Shown: positions 48,801-60,257 of the stretch, one piece after another
Layout: each line of letters begins with the position of its first letter
Numbering within the stretch: the stretch's first letter is position 1
Assembly (NCBI GenBank): GCA_965637545.1
Contig: OZ281494.1
Span: forward strand, 8,928,001 to 8,992,000
Direction: 5' to 3'
From: Phallusia mammillata
Lineage: Eukaryota
DNA: 64,000 nucleotides
Notes under the pieces: generated by a model
Seen by the model: only the letters and a program-made list of their open reading frames with translations
The model's database searches: none
What the model was told of the DNA's origin: nothing
Position numbers and translations under genes: made by a program

Positions 48801-51800
48801 TCGAAATAGGAGCTCACAGACTTGCAGAAATCGGTACCGGAATTGACGATTGACAACGACCGCTTGCAGAAGGAGAAAGATTATTTGCTGGAGAAACTCG
48901 CAATTGCTGAAAAGAAATTATCCGAGCAAGCGTCCGAATCCGAACACCTCAGGGTAAGTCATCCACAATATAAACCTTAGCCAGTTCTGTATGTGATATT
49001 TCAATACGGCCTCAAAATTAACGCCGGTTTGAATATGTTTGAGAAATGGGCTTTAATCGTGAATCTGTGCAGCGTGTTGTTACTTTTTATTACCGGGGTT
49101 CTCGAAAGTGCTTTACGACTATGTTCTGTACAACCTGCAAGGTCCTGCAAACAACGCAATCGGTTGCATGCATGTATATGCAGAATGCGACAAAATTCAA
49201 CGGGTTAAAATTAAATAAAGGTGTGCTTGGAATCCTTTACTAACATTGATCCATTTCGTGTATACGTTAAAAAGCATTCGTTGTGTAGTATGCAGTTATT
49301 AGGGGTTACACAGTAACATGTTCGTAATAAGGCTGGATGACCATTAAAATGATTTCTGTATAACAATGTTGTACAGTGCTGTATACAGTGCTGAGTTTCC
49401 AGCTACGTTATGGACCTGTATGTCATTTTCAACGAACCGATACTTTACATATTTGGTCGCGGTAGCTTTATGTTTTACAACGAAACTGCGTGTAATGCAC
49501 ATACAGCATACAAGGAGCACTGACCGTACACGGGTAATTATAGAACTCGGTCCAACATCCATTGTTAGTCACAACGCAATGCAAGTGCTGTACATGCATT
49601 ATACACGCTACGTAAGCATCAGTTCAGAACATCGTGTGGGTCACGCGTTTCCTGTCAAAGCAGTAGAAGCAGGTGGACTATTGCATGATTACTCATAGAT
49701 CTCGCTCGTTCCCAGGCCCCCTTCCCAGCCTTCTGACGCAAGATCTGCACCCGTACAACCTTCACTGCCAGCCCAAGAGATTATACAGGCACGAAGCCCT
49801 AATTGCGAGTTGTTATACCAGGGTTGCTTGATCGATCCCTCTCTCGTTTTCGCCTTTTTCTATTTTCTCTCGCCTGGCGATTTTTCTTTCGCGTTCGCCC
49901 CCGCGGGTTGAGTCATTAGCTTCGGCTGACGCTAGAGAGTGTTGTCGTGGGTTTGGAGGAAACGCGATTAGTCGTGCTGCGTTGCGTTGGCCTGTTGTTA
50001 AAGCCGAGATTAGATCATCTGTGAGCCGATCGTCCTTTGTTATTGTTGCTTTTCGACGTTGAGTAGTGTTTTTGCACAGCAGTTTTCAGGAAGGCTAATA
50101 TACCGCTTAAACATGTATGAAATGAAGGTTAGATAGACCAACGTTTAGGTTGGGTTTAATCAGGGTATGAAAAGTAAAAAGCGGTTGCATCAGATATACT
50201 GACTATATAAGCCGCATATACTTTTATTGAGGTTAGATACATACACTTTAGGTTGGTCAGACTCACTGTACTAAAAGTAGGTATAATTTTACGTGCATTT
50301 TTTTGATATCAGTTGTGGGAAATGTGTTTACATCAGATAATTTGACATTTCGCGCAAGTTGAGACTCAGCCGCAGTTGTTGCCAAAACAACACGAGCTAA
50401 AACTGTCAAAATTTTCCACGCCTAGCATCAGTAGGTCAAGCGGTGGCAAAACAGGGCACTTGTTTTCCCAAAACGGCGAATGGAATCGAAGAGGATTTGC
50501 GTTGAACCGATTTGACCCTCAGCCAGGCCACCACAGCTCCTATAGCTGCAGCGTTAAGGGATCGAGGTGCGGTCGAATTGCTTCCTAGCTGACACTTCAC
50601 GAGTGCGCCGAAGACCGCGGAAGCTGGCATGGGGCCAGTGTCACGGCAGCCTGACAGGAGCGAATTGCTGTGTTTGTCCTGAAAGTTTGAGTTAGGTCGT
50701 CTGGGTTGCGTAACCTCGGAAGGGTGTTGCAGAAATAAATGTGCCATATTATCGTGCTTATACCACATGGTAGTTTTGTTTTCCTGTTTTAATCAGTTGC
50801 GGCAAATAAATCCACGAGTTTGGTCTTAAGCCATTGAATATATTTGGCATATAAGCGGGTATTTTTGATTCTTAAATAGCACTATTTTTGACAAGTTTTG
50901 TAGCCTGACTTTTTTTAATAGCAAAACGCTTCAAAATAGTTAAGTTATAGAGAAGAGGCATTCAGTCAATTTTTTTCACTTGACTGTCATTATTTCCGAA
51001 GCAGGCACTTGCTTTCTTTGTGTTTTGTGCTCTGCTTTAGAATTAGGTAACGCGCCATTTGTGGTGCCAAATGCCATTCTTGCAATAGAACCTTGCCTTT
51101 ACGAAATAAAGTGGACTTAGACCTAACGGTTTGCTGCAAAATACAATAGATGTCACAATGCCCTTTCTGCTGAAATCGGATAGAAAGCGCTGTAGAATTT
51201 ACACTAAACAAAGTCCGCCGGTCACAACAATTCCAGCGGTGTTGCTAATCACTTTCCAGAATTACGAAAGCAAAATCTCATCAACCTGGGGGGCCATTAT
51301 TTTCCCTCGCAAGTGCACAAACTTGGCGTGTGTGCCAATCGATCTTTTCGGCGGCCTTGCTGATCGATCGATTTTGCTGCTAACAACGAGCGCCGAGCAG
51401 CGCTCTCCCTCGTATTGACGTTAATCCTTGCAAAGCTTTGGAAAATTCGATTTTGTTGCGGAGGCCTTGTTGTTCACTGGCAATGGAGTTGCAGACTAGG
51501 ATTTTTCAACGTGCCTGTTTACGTGCGCTTGTTAAGCTGGTTTACGGGAGAGCTTTGTGTGCATGTACTGTACCTTTACAGAACTGACCGACGTTGTTCT
51601 TTAAAGACTAAATTTTAAGCAAACTTTTTCTTTTTTTTTTTTTTCATTTTCATCAACACTAATTAAGGTCAATTGGCGTAAGAATCGTGGGTTGGTGAAA
51701 GAAAACGATCGTTTCAGGTGGCCCTGCTCTTATTTGGAGATCCAATCACTTTTACGTATAGATCGAACAGCGTCACTGCGCAAACAAACACGTTATACTG

Positions 51801-54800
51801 GCTATTGCACAACGTGCGTTATCTCGCGCCAAACGAGCGAGTTTAATAGTTAACTTTGCCCTCTAAACCGGCAGATATCAAGTGTTTGTGCCGGCCCACG
51901 CGTTGTATGCGTGCTTTGTTTGTGGCTCAACCCGTTCTTGGCTCCTGCAACGCCCAGAAGTGTTAGAAAGTAATGAGGCAAAGGTCCATCAACAACGAAC
52001 TGTCAAGCTTCCAAGTTCAGCATAATGTCAAGTGGTGTATGGCATTAAGTGTTCCGCGAGTTAATGGTTTTAATTTTAATTCCCGCATTAGCAGGAGTAG
52101 GAAATCCGGCAACAACAAAGTTGTAAAGATCAAAACCAGTGTATTTCATTAAAGGCCAAATCAGTTTATGCGGTAAAAATCAATGTTTTTTACTTGTAAA
52201 TGGAACAGACTTGCTTGTTATGAGAGGCCGTACGTAGAAATGAAGATTGTTGTCAACTAAACATGTTTTCGATGTGAATTTGCCGTAGTGAGGCGCAGAT
52301 GAGTTAGTAAAGACCGACATACCTTGCGCTGCGGAATTTCTTGTTTGTCCATCTTTACTATGCCGACGACATGCTTTCGACAAACTGACCTTCCGATCTT
52401 CAATGTTTGCATACACTTGTTTTTAATGGGCCAAAATCGGCTTAGCTCGGTCGTCAACCTGTTTACATTAAGCATTTATGCTATATTACCGTGTTCGTTT
52501 GCAGGATTTGTGTTTGCCTAGGCGTTTGTTTTGTTAAGTGCTGAGCACACAGTATATATATAAAGGCCGTTGCAATGATACTGACCGAAGGAACGGTGCT
52601 GCAAAGTCCTTTGCATGTTTCTACCTCACGACAAGTGAGTAAAAAGCCAAAGGCGTATTACCAAATAGAACACAAATGTGGATGCATTAGTTTGTGTAGT
52701 TCTTTATCTTTGAACTAAATTTACGCAAAAATAGCATGTGTAAACACTATCTTATTTTCACAGGCCTTGGTGACGGATCACTTGAACGACGACACGAACC
52801 ACAGTGATCTTAAACAGCAGTACGTCCATCTGCTTAACGAGAGAGAGCAGCTAATTCAGATTCAGGAGTCGATGAGCAAAGAGCTCCGCGTGTCCGAGGA
52901 AGAGAGGAAGAAGGCTCAGGAGCTGGGTGACGCACTTAAAGAGCGACTTCGACATTTGGAACGTGAATTGTCAAAATCTAACACCGAGAAATCAATGCTC
53001 GATAAACGCCTGAAGGTAACTTGCAAATGGAATTAAAAACAAAGTACAGTAAACCTCGGTTAATCCGGACCCGTTTGGACCAAAAATTTTCCGGATTTGG
53101 TGAAGATCCGGATTAACCGAATCTGGTTTAACCGAGGTTTACTGTACATGGTAGGGATGCGCCGAGCCGAGCCAGAACCCGAGTACTCGGTACCGAGCAT
53201 CGCTGTTTTTAATGCTCGGTGCTCGGCCGAGCAGTTGCAAAAACTGACCCGAGCGTTAAATTTGCATATTCATGCCCTGCTGACATAGGTAACTAGTGTT
53301 CGAAATGGTGTCTATGAACAAAAAACAAATGATTTTTCAAATGTATTAGATTGTGGAAAAACGTGTATTTCTGAGGCCTGTAACAGCTTAATACACCGCT
53401 GGTGACGTAAGAGGTCTTGTAGAGCTAAAACGTAGAAAGGGGATTTTTTTGTGACGTCATAGTGCACCGAGCATTAACATGAGATGCTCGGTGCTTGACC
53501 AAACAGAACATTTGCAATTTTGGCACATCCCTAGTACATGGTGTATTTTTTTACCTTATTCAGATAGAACAATAGGAAAATAATTATAACGCATAAACAT
53601 GAACGTTAAATTTGATAACACTTACCAAGTCAACTTAACACAAACTGCAACCGAATAGACCGAGTGCTAGGTCATGCAAACTGCCACTTGTTGTTATACA
53701 CTTGTTGTTATATGTTATACAAAAAATGATTTATTTGGGGCAAATTTAATGATAACATCTCTAACCATTTTCCTTTGTCTTTTTCAGGAGACCAAAGCTT
53801 GTATGGAGGAGGAGCATAGTGACGTCATACAGAAGTTAGAAGAGGAGTTACGTAAGGAGAGGCAGCGGATTATTGCAATCACTGGATCACTGCATGACGA
53901 TGAGTCTGGCAAAAACATGCTTGAACTTATGGATGCCCTGCAAAGCGAAAAACAGGTAACATATAAATATATTTGGATTCAATGTTTGTGAGGAACAAAG
54001 CTGCTTTTAAGGCAATTTGGTATTCAGTTGTGTGATGAAGCATAAAATTACGGTGGTACATGTAGCAAGTTTGCACAACTAAAAAAAATGGATATAAATT
54101 ATTTTTGAGCCAATATTTGCAGTCCCGTTGAAACTTCGTTTTTGATGCAAACAAAAATGAACTTGGAAATTTTGACAATTGGAAATATCATGTCAATCGA
54201 AAACTGCTGTATAAACCTGTTTTGCAATCCTGAAAGACTTCGCACCGGTTTAATAGTTCTTTAACAATGCAGGACCTCGAGGACAAATTCCTCATGATGG
54301 AAGAAGACTTCACGCATTGTCAGCACGAAAACGAAAGGTTTGATGCCCGCATTGCCGATCTCGAAGAAGAACTGGAGGCCACAAATGCCAAGGTACTATC
54401 CCACAAAAACACTTGTCAAGTGCCAAACTAACAACAATTTCCGGGTTGGGTCGTCTCAGTTCATTTACCAAAGCCACCAGCTGCATCTAATCGCCCGTTT
54501 AACTCACTTGGCCTTTCCCAGCGCATGTGAACGTCTGGACGCGGGAAATTTGGCACTTTATTCCGGCCGTTAGCTACTCAATTGTATTTAAATCTCGACT
54601 TTGCGCCTTGAATGTAGATTAGAGAATCGTTAGTACCCAAGACGTGACAAAGCATTTGGTGACTAAATTTTTAAAGCATTTTTACGCGACTTGACACAGA
54701 TCAAAGAAAGCGTGATGTAAGCAACCGAGCCAAACGTTATTTCGACAAATTAACTGTCACGTACTCCAGCGAAAATAACCGAACGACCTGGCAACCCGTT

Positions 54801-57800
54801 CTGAGTCACTCCTTATGGAAACTCGTACGGCGCTGCACAAGATTAGCTGTAAACAAAATAACCGACTCATGGATTTCGTGTCGCCCGTCAGTGGGAAAAT
54901 CATGTGGAAAACCCAAAGGGCTCTAATCTCCTAAAGCAATCTTCCTTGGTGGCTTGTGAATCACATTTTCAAGTATCCATGAGTTTAACTATGGGTTACC
55001 ATCTTTGCAATGACATTTGTTAAAAGAAGATAGGAAAAGGTTAAAAGTAGTAGCAATTGAAATAGTACATTAAACCAAGACTACATGTCAAATATTATAA
55101 ACTTGTTAAAAATATGGACAGTTACACATCACATCATATTGTTTCGTTGCTGCCAGCTATCGACAAATGTTCTTTGACTGAATTGACAATGGTAACTGTT
55201 GATGGGCCTACGCTAATGCCAAGTTCTAATAAATCATTTTGCATTAAATCGTGTTAACAACCCCACCATTTTTGTTACAGTCCAAGAAGGATTTGTCAGA
55301 GCTGTCAGAATTGATTGACAGACTTCAAGAAGATTCTCGAATGAAGCAAGCCAACTTGGACGAGGTTAACGAGACTTTGTTCGTGATGGAAGATTCAGTC
55401 GAACAACACATCGCAGTGAAGAAGCACGACAACCACATAATACAACAGCTCAACAACCAGATATCAAACCTCAAGGTACAAGCCCAACACTATCGCACAC
55501 ATGGCATTATATAGGAGTTTTTGTTTTTAAACTGTTAACACATATAATTGCTTTAATACTCCAATTAGCAAATGTGACTATGCGAGCCCCTAGGGATATA
55601 AAACCTTATGACATTACTTTAACCGGTTTTTAACGTCACTAATGTTTGACATCACACTTTAAGACAACTTCGACCAAGAACCAAATAATACCTTAGTCTG
55701 GCATTATGTTTTTCGGAACGTTACCTTTCTGTCGATGTTTTAATGTTTACCATAGTTTGAAATCCTTCTCTTTTGTACAGGAGGAACGCTTTCGTCTCGA
55801 GAAAGAAATTCAACAGCTTAAGAAGGAGCAACGAACACAGACGGAAGAGTGGAAACAATTCCAGGCCGATTTACAAATGGCAGTTATGATTGCCAACGAC
55901 ATGAAAGCAGGTAGGTCGACCCTTTAACTTTAAGCCACGTATATTAAGTACAAAAATCTTACTTAAAACGCGACTGATCTTACTACAGTAAACCTTGGTT
56001 AATCTGGACATATTTAGACCCAAAAGTTTGTCCGGATCAGGCTAATATCCGGATTAACCGATATCGATTAGTTCTAGCCTCACCACATCACAAATCATTT
56101 GTACCTCGAGTTTTTTTTCCGAATTAGGCGAAGATCCGGATTAATCGAAATCAGGTTCAACTAAAGTTTACTGTGTATCCAACTTTGTCTTGAATACGGC
56201 CCTTTCAAATTTCATCGTGATATTTTTCACAACAATCTCACAAATACGCTTGCCGTTGTATTCAAACGTTACCTGATGTACATCTGCGTAGAAACCCAAG
56301 CCGAAGTTGCTCGTTTGCGCGAAGACAACCAGAATCTGGACGAGACGGTCACTAAACTGCGGGTGGAGAACGAACAGCTGAGAAGAAGACGTGTGTCCTC
56401 TGTTTCCGCCTCTTCTGCAGCGATCCTCGAGGCGGCCGCTCTTCGCCAGGGAGTCGGACGCAGCTCCGTTGAAAGCAACATCGCTGTTCTTCGCGAGGTT
56501 AGTTGTATAGAGTTGTATGAGAAATATTGTATCTAGTAAATACGTTTCACCAATAGCTGTTGTCATCATCAATGAAAAAGCGATTGTAGAAACAACTGCA
56601 GTAAAATGTATTCAATAAATAAGTTGCCCAGGCAGTTTTTTATTTAGCTGCCTGAAACTTATACCACGCAAGATGCTATTTACTAAATAACATGGTTGTT
56701 TTGATGTTCTGACATGTAACTAACCCATCTCTCGTTCTACAGACTTACAAACGCCGAACAGGCGAAACATCACCCGGCGTACAATCCCTGATCAAGTCTT
56801 TCGACAGCCAAGCGTCCACCCCAGTACCCGGGGAAGCACCATCCTCACCCACACGGGCCCAACCGCCCCTTGTACCCGCCAACAGCGTCCCAGCTGACCT
56901 TGGTACACCGGCGTTCAGCCCCTCCAAAACCCAGGCCCCCAAAATGGGTCAAGTCCCAGTACGAGCTGGATCAAGCCCCATAACTGCCACAGTCAGTCCG
57001 ATGCAGCGCCACCATTCCATGAGTTCGATAACAACGTCCATGTCACAAGGTGGTACCCCGCCCTCGTCTTCCTTTGCCACGAAGCTTCAGACGAGCTCGA
57101 ACGGCGATTCAGCGGCGAGCAGCAAACCCGGAACCCCTGACAGTAACAGGAGTGGAGGTGTGTTTAAGTTTAGGCTTATGTGGTTGTCACTTCAATATGG
57201 AGTAATAACAAATGTGTTTGTTTGACTTACAGTGGCCGGAACCGACCTTTCCCAGCTTTCGACTTTGTTGCGACGCAACTCCACGCAAGAACCGAGGAAG
57301 ACTTCTACGGACGGACGCAAGCCACAAATGCCCGGTTAGTTTCTTATCTACTCCATTAAGGATTATCATCATACAAAATATACTCTATTTCACGGATGAT
57401 AAAAAGTTTTTTGTGGAAACGTTGAGTTAAAGATTTCCAACTTTAATGTAACATAAAAGCGGTCTTAGTTAAGCTATATATTCAAACTTTATCAGAAAAC
57501 TTTTTTTTTTGTCAAAACTGTGCAAACATATTATGTTTCATAGAATGGAATAAGTGGATTTTTAGTTAAAATGTAACTATTTTTTAGGCATTCTCGATCG
57601 ACTGGGGCCATCCACACCTGGACCACGACATCCTCCTTCGTCGTTGCCCCCTGCGACCCCGGTTACCCCTGTAAACACAAAGCACCGACCCCATCCAACA
57701 TCAACCCCTGTTGGTGACCCCTTGGTGTCGCTAGCGAGGCGGTACGGTGGCTCGAAAAGAAACGCGCTTCTAAAATGGTGTCAAGAAAAAACACAGGTAA

Positions 57801-58832
57801 ATGACTTAGATTTTACATTAAATATCTCAAAAGTTTTATTCCTATCATAAGAGTGGTTAAATGAGTATCCCATGCAAACGTAAAAAACTTGGTGCTATAT
57901 TCTGTGTATTTCAGTCCGAGAGGCACACTGTAAAAAAGTTTGTTCATACAGTAGACCTCGGTTAATCCGAAACCGTTAGGACCCAAAAAAGTTCCGGATT
58001 AGGCGAAGATGTCGATTAGTTAAAGCTTTACTACATTACAAATCACTTGTACATCGAGATTTGTCCGATTTAGGCGAAGAACCGAATTAACCAAATCCGG
58101 TTTAACATGCAAACACTGAAGTTTCTCTTTTTGATTCGCAGACCTACACAGGAATTGACATCACCAACTTCAGCAGCAGTTGGTCGGACGGACTCGCTTT
58201 CTGCGCTTTGTTGCATTCTTACTTGCCAGCTCACATCCCCTACGAATCACTGCAACAGACTTACATCTCCGCACCTGATGATAAGTCAAGGGGACAATTA
58301 CAAGTAAGTTACACAGTAACGGTTGTCTTTAAACCACAGTGCCTTTGGACAGTTCTGTTAAAGTCTAAATTCGATATATTAGGCCAAGCATGGGGACTTT
58401 AGTTAAAGACATGACTTTAATTCACTTGCATATATTGGTAACATTGGTTTTAGTAATAAAGGCGTTTGTAAACCATTAAAATTTCAGCACACTGCGTGTA
58501 TATATCTGTCACCAAGTCTTATGGAAAGAATGTATTGGCCCAAATACACATAAAGCATATCGCCTTATGCGTAGTGGGCCATTGCCTATTTAAGCAAAAA
58601 CTTGGTACTATACGAAAAACGCATTTTCCAAGGTCTTTTCTTGTAACAAAAATGTACAAATATTTACCTTTTTTACTTTTAGGCCAAAAACTTCCGCCTC
58701 GCGTTCGCGGCAGCAGAGAGCGTGGGAATTGAGCCGACCCTTGCAGCGGAAGACTTGTCAGCCAAGGACCGACCCGACTGGCAGCGTGTCATGTGCTATG
58801 TCACACAAATTTACAAATACTTCGAAACGTAA
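18835..58832 (+). CDS. SPECC1L: Cytospin (SPECC1/SPECC1L family) coiled-coil + calponin-homology cytoskeletal protein, about 1122 aa
   Basis: Twenty phase-consistent GT-AG exons (3369 nt): 18835-18979, 19052-19120, 26896-27075, 27530-27623, 27864-28086, 44611-44719, 44887-45042, 48107-48246, 48810-48953, 52764-53015, 53788-53955, 54273-54392, 55281-55475, 55781-55910, 56292-56497, 56743-57157, 57233-57334, 57588-57796, 58142-58303, 58683-58832. Family motifs: [123 protein letters not shown]. It is probably co-orthologous to vertebrate SPECC1 and SPECC1L. The first two exons are the least certain. Confidence 0.9.
23953..24065 (+). mobile_element. Tc1/mariner-type MITE, family A, internally deleted copy
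   Basis: cagtaaacctcgg ... atgtttactg; diverged, and the flanks read TG rather than TA. Confidence 0.75.
26166..26864. mobile_element. hAT (Ac-type) non-autonomous element, 699 bp
   Basis: TIRs tagggttg / caacccta; perfect TSD ctgacaac (26158-26165, 26865-26872); dense subterminal tatccg/cggata repeats; ends 31 bp upstream of the cytospin exon at 26896. Confidence 0.92.
28085..28337 (+). repeat. Diverged tandem duplication (137-bp period) including a splice donor
   Basis: ag|gtttgtgaa...ttttgagca...ttatatgttgtgatatct..tgcaagcctg..taacggtttt occurs at 28085 and again at 28222. Confidence 0.75.
30501..30540. promoter_or_regulatory. Nuclear-receptor half-site cluster (DR4 + IR1) in a cytospin intron
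   Basis: TGAACC-gacc-TGACCT (DR4, 30501-30516) and AGGTCA-c-TGACCC (IR1, 30528-30540). Motif evidence only. Confidence 0.35.
35144..35325 (-). mobile_element. Tc1/mariner-type MITE, family A, inverted copy
   Basis: Reverse complement aligns with 6446-6628 and 55986-56173; TA on both flanks. Confidence 0.85.
45500..48015 (-). mobile_element. 5'-truncated non-LTR retrotransposon (I-group, Ingi/Vingi-like), antisense in a cytospin intron
   Basis: One ORF runs almost to the 3' end, followed by a very short 3' UTR (...ccatacgacaatatata). It lies in intron 45043-48106. No convincing TSD found, so boundaries are approximate. Confidence 0.88.
45538..48015 (-). CDS. Retrotransposon ORF: C-terminal remnant of AP endonuclease + reverse transcriptase + CCHC zinc knuckle (825 aa, no stops)
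   Basis: Endonuclease tail TDLCLV..SQHRP; RT motifs [54 protein letters not shown]; C-terminal [14 protein letters not shown]. No RNase H is recognisable. The listed start is a GTG at the truncation, not a true initiator. Confidence 0.93.
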   Translation of the reverse strand: MALIGDPKTHGTFHSSRWNKDYSTDLCLVSKNDNLDPLPASTEILPSFPHSQHRPIITTVGLKIPIINSLPKNRWNFEQANWENFAKAVDQTCIHIPPSAQTIPRFHKLVLKSARRYIPRGRRKKYVPCWSKESEALFKAYEETNDNNTADQLLSSLNKDRRNRWISTVENLDFKHSSRKAWALLHKLDLNSTSKPKTAAPISANQIAKEIKQRGHHKPNHTFEKSVRKEYQQLYRTYTEDSNLSSHILMSELKESLKQTKASKAAGIDGIYPEMLKHLGNNSLQWLRTALTDIIQTGKLPKDWKIAKVIAILKPGKDPTNPSSYRPISLLCCTYKVLERIILARITPLVEPFLPSEQSGFRKHRCTSEQVLALTSHIETGYELKNTTGAIFVDLSAAYDTVWHDGLLLKLAKIIKCRTMLRIISKMTGTRRFYTCVGSDTSKTFKIKNGVPQGSVLAPTLFNVYIRDMPKTKCLKFGYADDWALTYQGNCLTTIQNQLTADLTTLQEYFTTWYLQMNTTKTVTTLFHLDNHRANQQLNITIDGKQLPTDPNPKYLGITLDRTLNYRQHLEKLSNKIKTRNSLINKLAATRWGASQSVLRTSALALCYSAAEYCASTWERSTHTKKLDIQLNRTMRIISGTLKSTPITWLPTMSAIPPPHLRRRASAMKMIQNLQTLPEEIPLTKIIRQAPKTRRLKSRHPIYNLETDNTFDMTEKWKQYWFNNMPAGGELVDDPTTPLPGFDLAHRRNWVAANRLRSKHARTAHMLQRWGERTSSECPHCGADKQDTDHLVLKCPTTKLQGGYRTVHECDTAFSDWFQNISDHI
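48386..48502. mobile_element. Short hAT (Buster-type) MITE
   Basis: cagtgtttct ... tgggaaccactg; near-perfect TSD ttttagac / atttagac; a second similar left end at 48279. Confidence 0.65.
53047..53144 (+). mobile_element. Tc1/mariner-type MITE, family A, short 98-bp derivative
   Basis: TIRs cagtaaacctcggttaa / ttaaccgaggtttactg; TA flanks. Confidence 0.88.
53152..53533. mobile_element. hAT (Ac-type) MITE, inverted copy of 1321-1709
   Basis: TIRs tagggatgcgcc / ggcacatcccta; perfect TSD gtacatgg (53144-53151, 53534-53541), which overlaps the last base of the neighbouring Tc1-type MITE. Confidence 0.93.
55986..56173 (+). mobile_element. Tc1/mariner-type MITE, family A, full-length copy
   Basis: cagtaaacc ... 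aagtttactg; aligns end to end with 6446-6628. Confidence 0.88.
57949..58106 (+). mobile_element. Tc1/mariner-type MITE, family A, right TIR truncated
   Basis: ta|cagtagacctcggttaatccg ... aaatccggtttaac; ends 35 bp before the CH-domain exon acceptor. Confidence 0.82.
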
Positions 58833-59398
58833 AAGGAAGAAATTCCTTTGTACGAAGCCCGTGCTGGTGGTTTTTTCTTCTCTTATTGCGACTATTTCCT
58901 TTTTTGTTCTAATTGATCTGCCACATACGAAGGACGGTTTTGTTATTTGTTCTCCCTTGTGGATATACTTTATGGAATACGGTTTAAAGCCACGTGAAAA
59001 CAGCAAGATCGATGCACATCGGATTGGAAGAAATTGTGAAGACAAGCTGGAAGCTTAATCAAGCTCACTGTGAAAATGTGAATTCGATTTCAGTGTCCCT
59101 CTGCTGAGAGCAGCTGCTGTCTTTTCTGTCTATCCTCTCTCTGCTTTTTGAGTTTACATGTTGCTTGCGAACTGTCTCCGCTATTTTTCCCCGTTTCATT
59201 TCCACCGTAATACATTTTATCGTGCTAAAAAGATGTGGTCGATTGCTATGACAGGTTTATGCAAAACTTACATGAAATCAACGATGTGTTTTCTCAGAAA
59301 CACCACACAGTAGTGGAAAATGTTATTTATGTCCATGCTTTTCAAGCAGGTGTATCGTACACCCAGGGTGTACCACTTTAAAGGGGTGTAGCAGATAC

Positions 59399-59404
59399 AA
59401 TAAA
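59399..59404 (+). terminator. Candidate cytospin polyadenylation signal
   Basis: First AATAAA downstream of the stop at 58832. Confidence 0.45.
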
Positions 59405-59513
59405 CCTATGGCCAGATATCACAATTGACAGATTTTAGACAAGACTGACTGGAGTATACAATACATGGTACAACATGCATCTTATGTGGCTGTAAGGTAC
59501 TGTATTCTATATG

Positions 59514-59867
59514 CAGGGTTGCCATACCGTCCTTATTTCTAAGATTTGTCCTTATTTTGAATGGCTACGTCTTAGAAAAGTTCATTGTCCTTATTTCTAA
59601 CAAATGTCCTTATTTTGAACAATTATTATCGCCAAATCCCTGCTACAAGTAGAAGTGAACCTAGACCCGGCCTGTTGTGAGATGTACTTAGTATTTTCTA
59701 CAAACAACGAGTTGCTGGAACAGATTGTTTCTGGCCAAAATATTACAAATATTATGTCATGGCTCGTATAAATGCAAAGATTTGTTCAAAAACGTTTGTT
59801 TCGTTTCGCATAAAAATTTAATTTTTCGGTTCTCCGTATTTTTGTTTTCAAGTCGATGGCAACCCTG
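59514..59867. mobile_element. hAT (Blackjack-like) MITE between convergent 3' ends
   Basis: TIRs cagggttgccat / atggcaaccctg; subterminal gtccttatttt repeats; decayed TSD tctatatg / tctgtgta. Confidence 0.75.
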
Positions 59868-60257
59868 TCTGTGTATGACACCATTATGTAACACTTCTCT
59901 TACTAATCGTTGGCAATGATTGTTTTTGCAGTTTGTTTTACAGGTTACGGTTTTCACTGAGTAGTTGCCATAAAATAAGCGATAACGGATTTACATTCTG
60001 CTCATCCTTAACCCTGCTAGGACCACAAATTCAGTGTAGGCTTATTACAATATTTTTTTGACTGGTGTGTAAAAATTTTTGAGAAAGGGTTAAAAGTACA
60101 GCACTGGTTTAGGCTCATTTAATTTCGCACATTGTAGTTCGATCGCAAAGTAGAAGAATTAAATGCAAACAAAATTTCAAACCTAATTTAAAAAGGAAAA
60201 CACACATCACAAAAATACGTCAACAAATAATTTTCGACACACACAAAACACAGTAAA

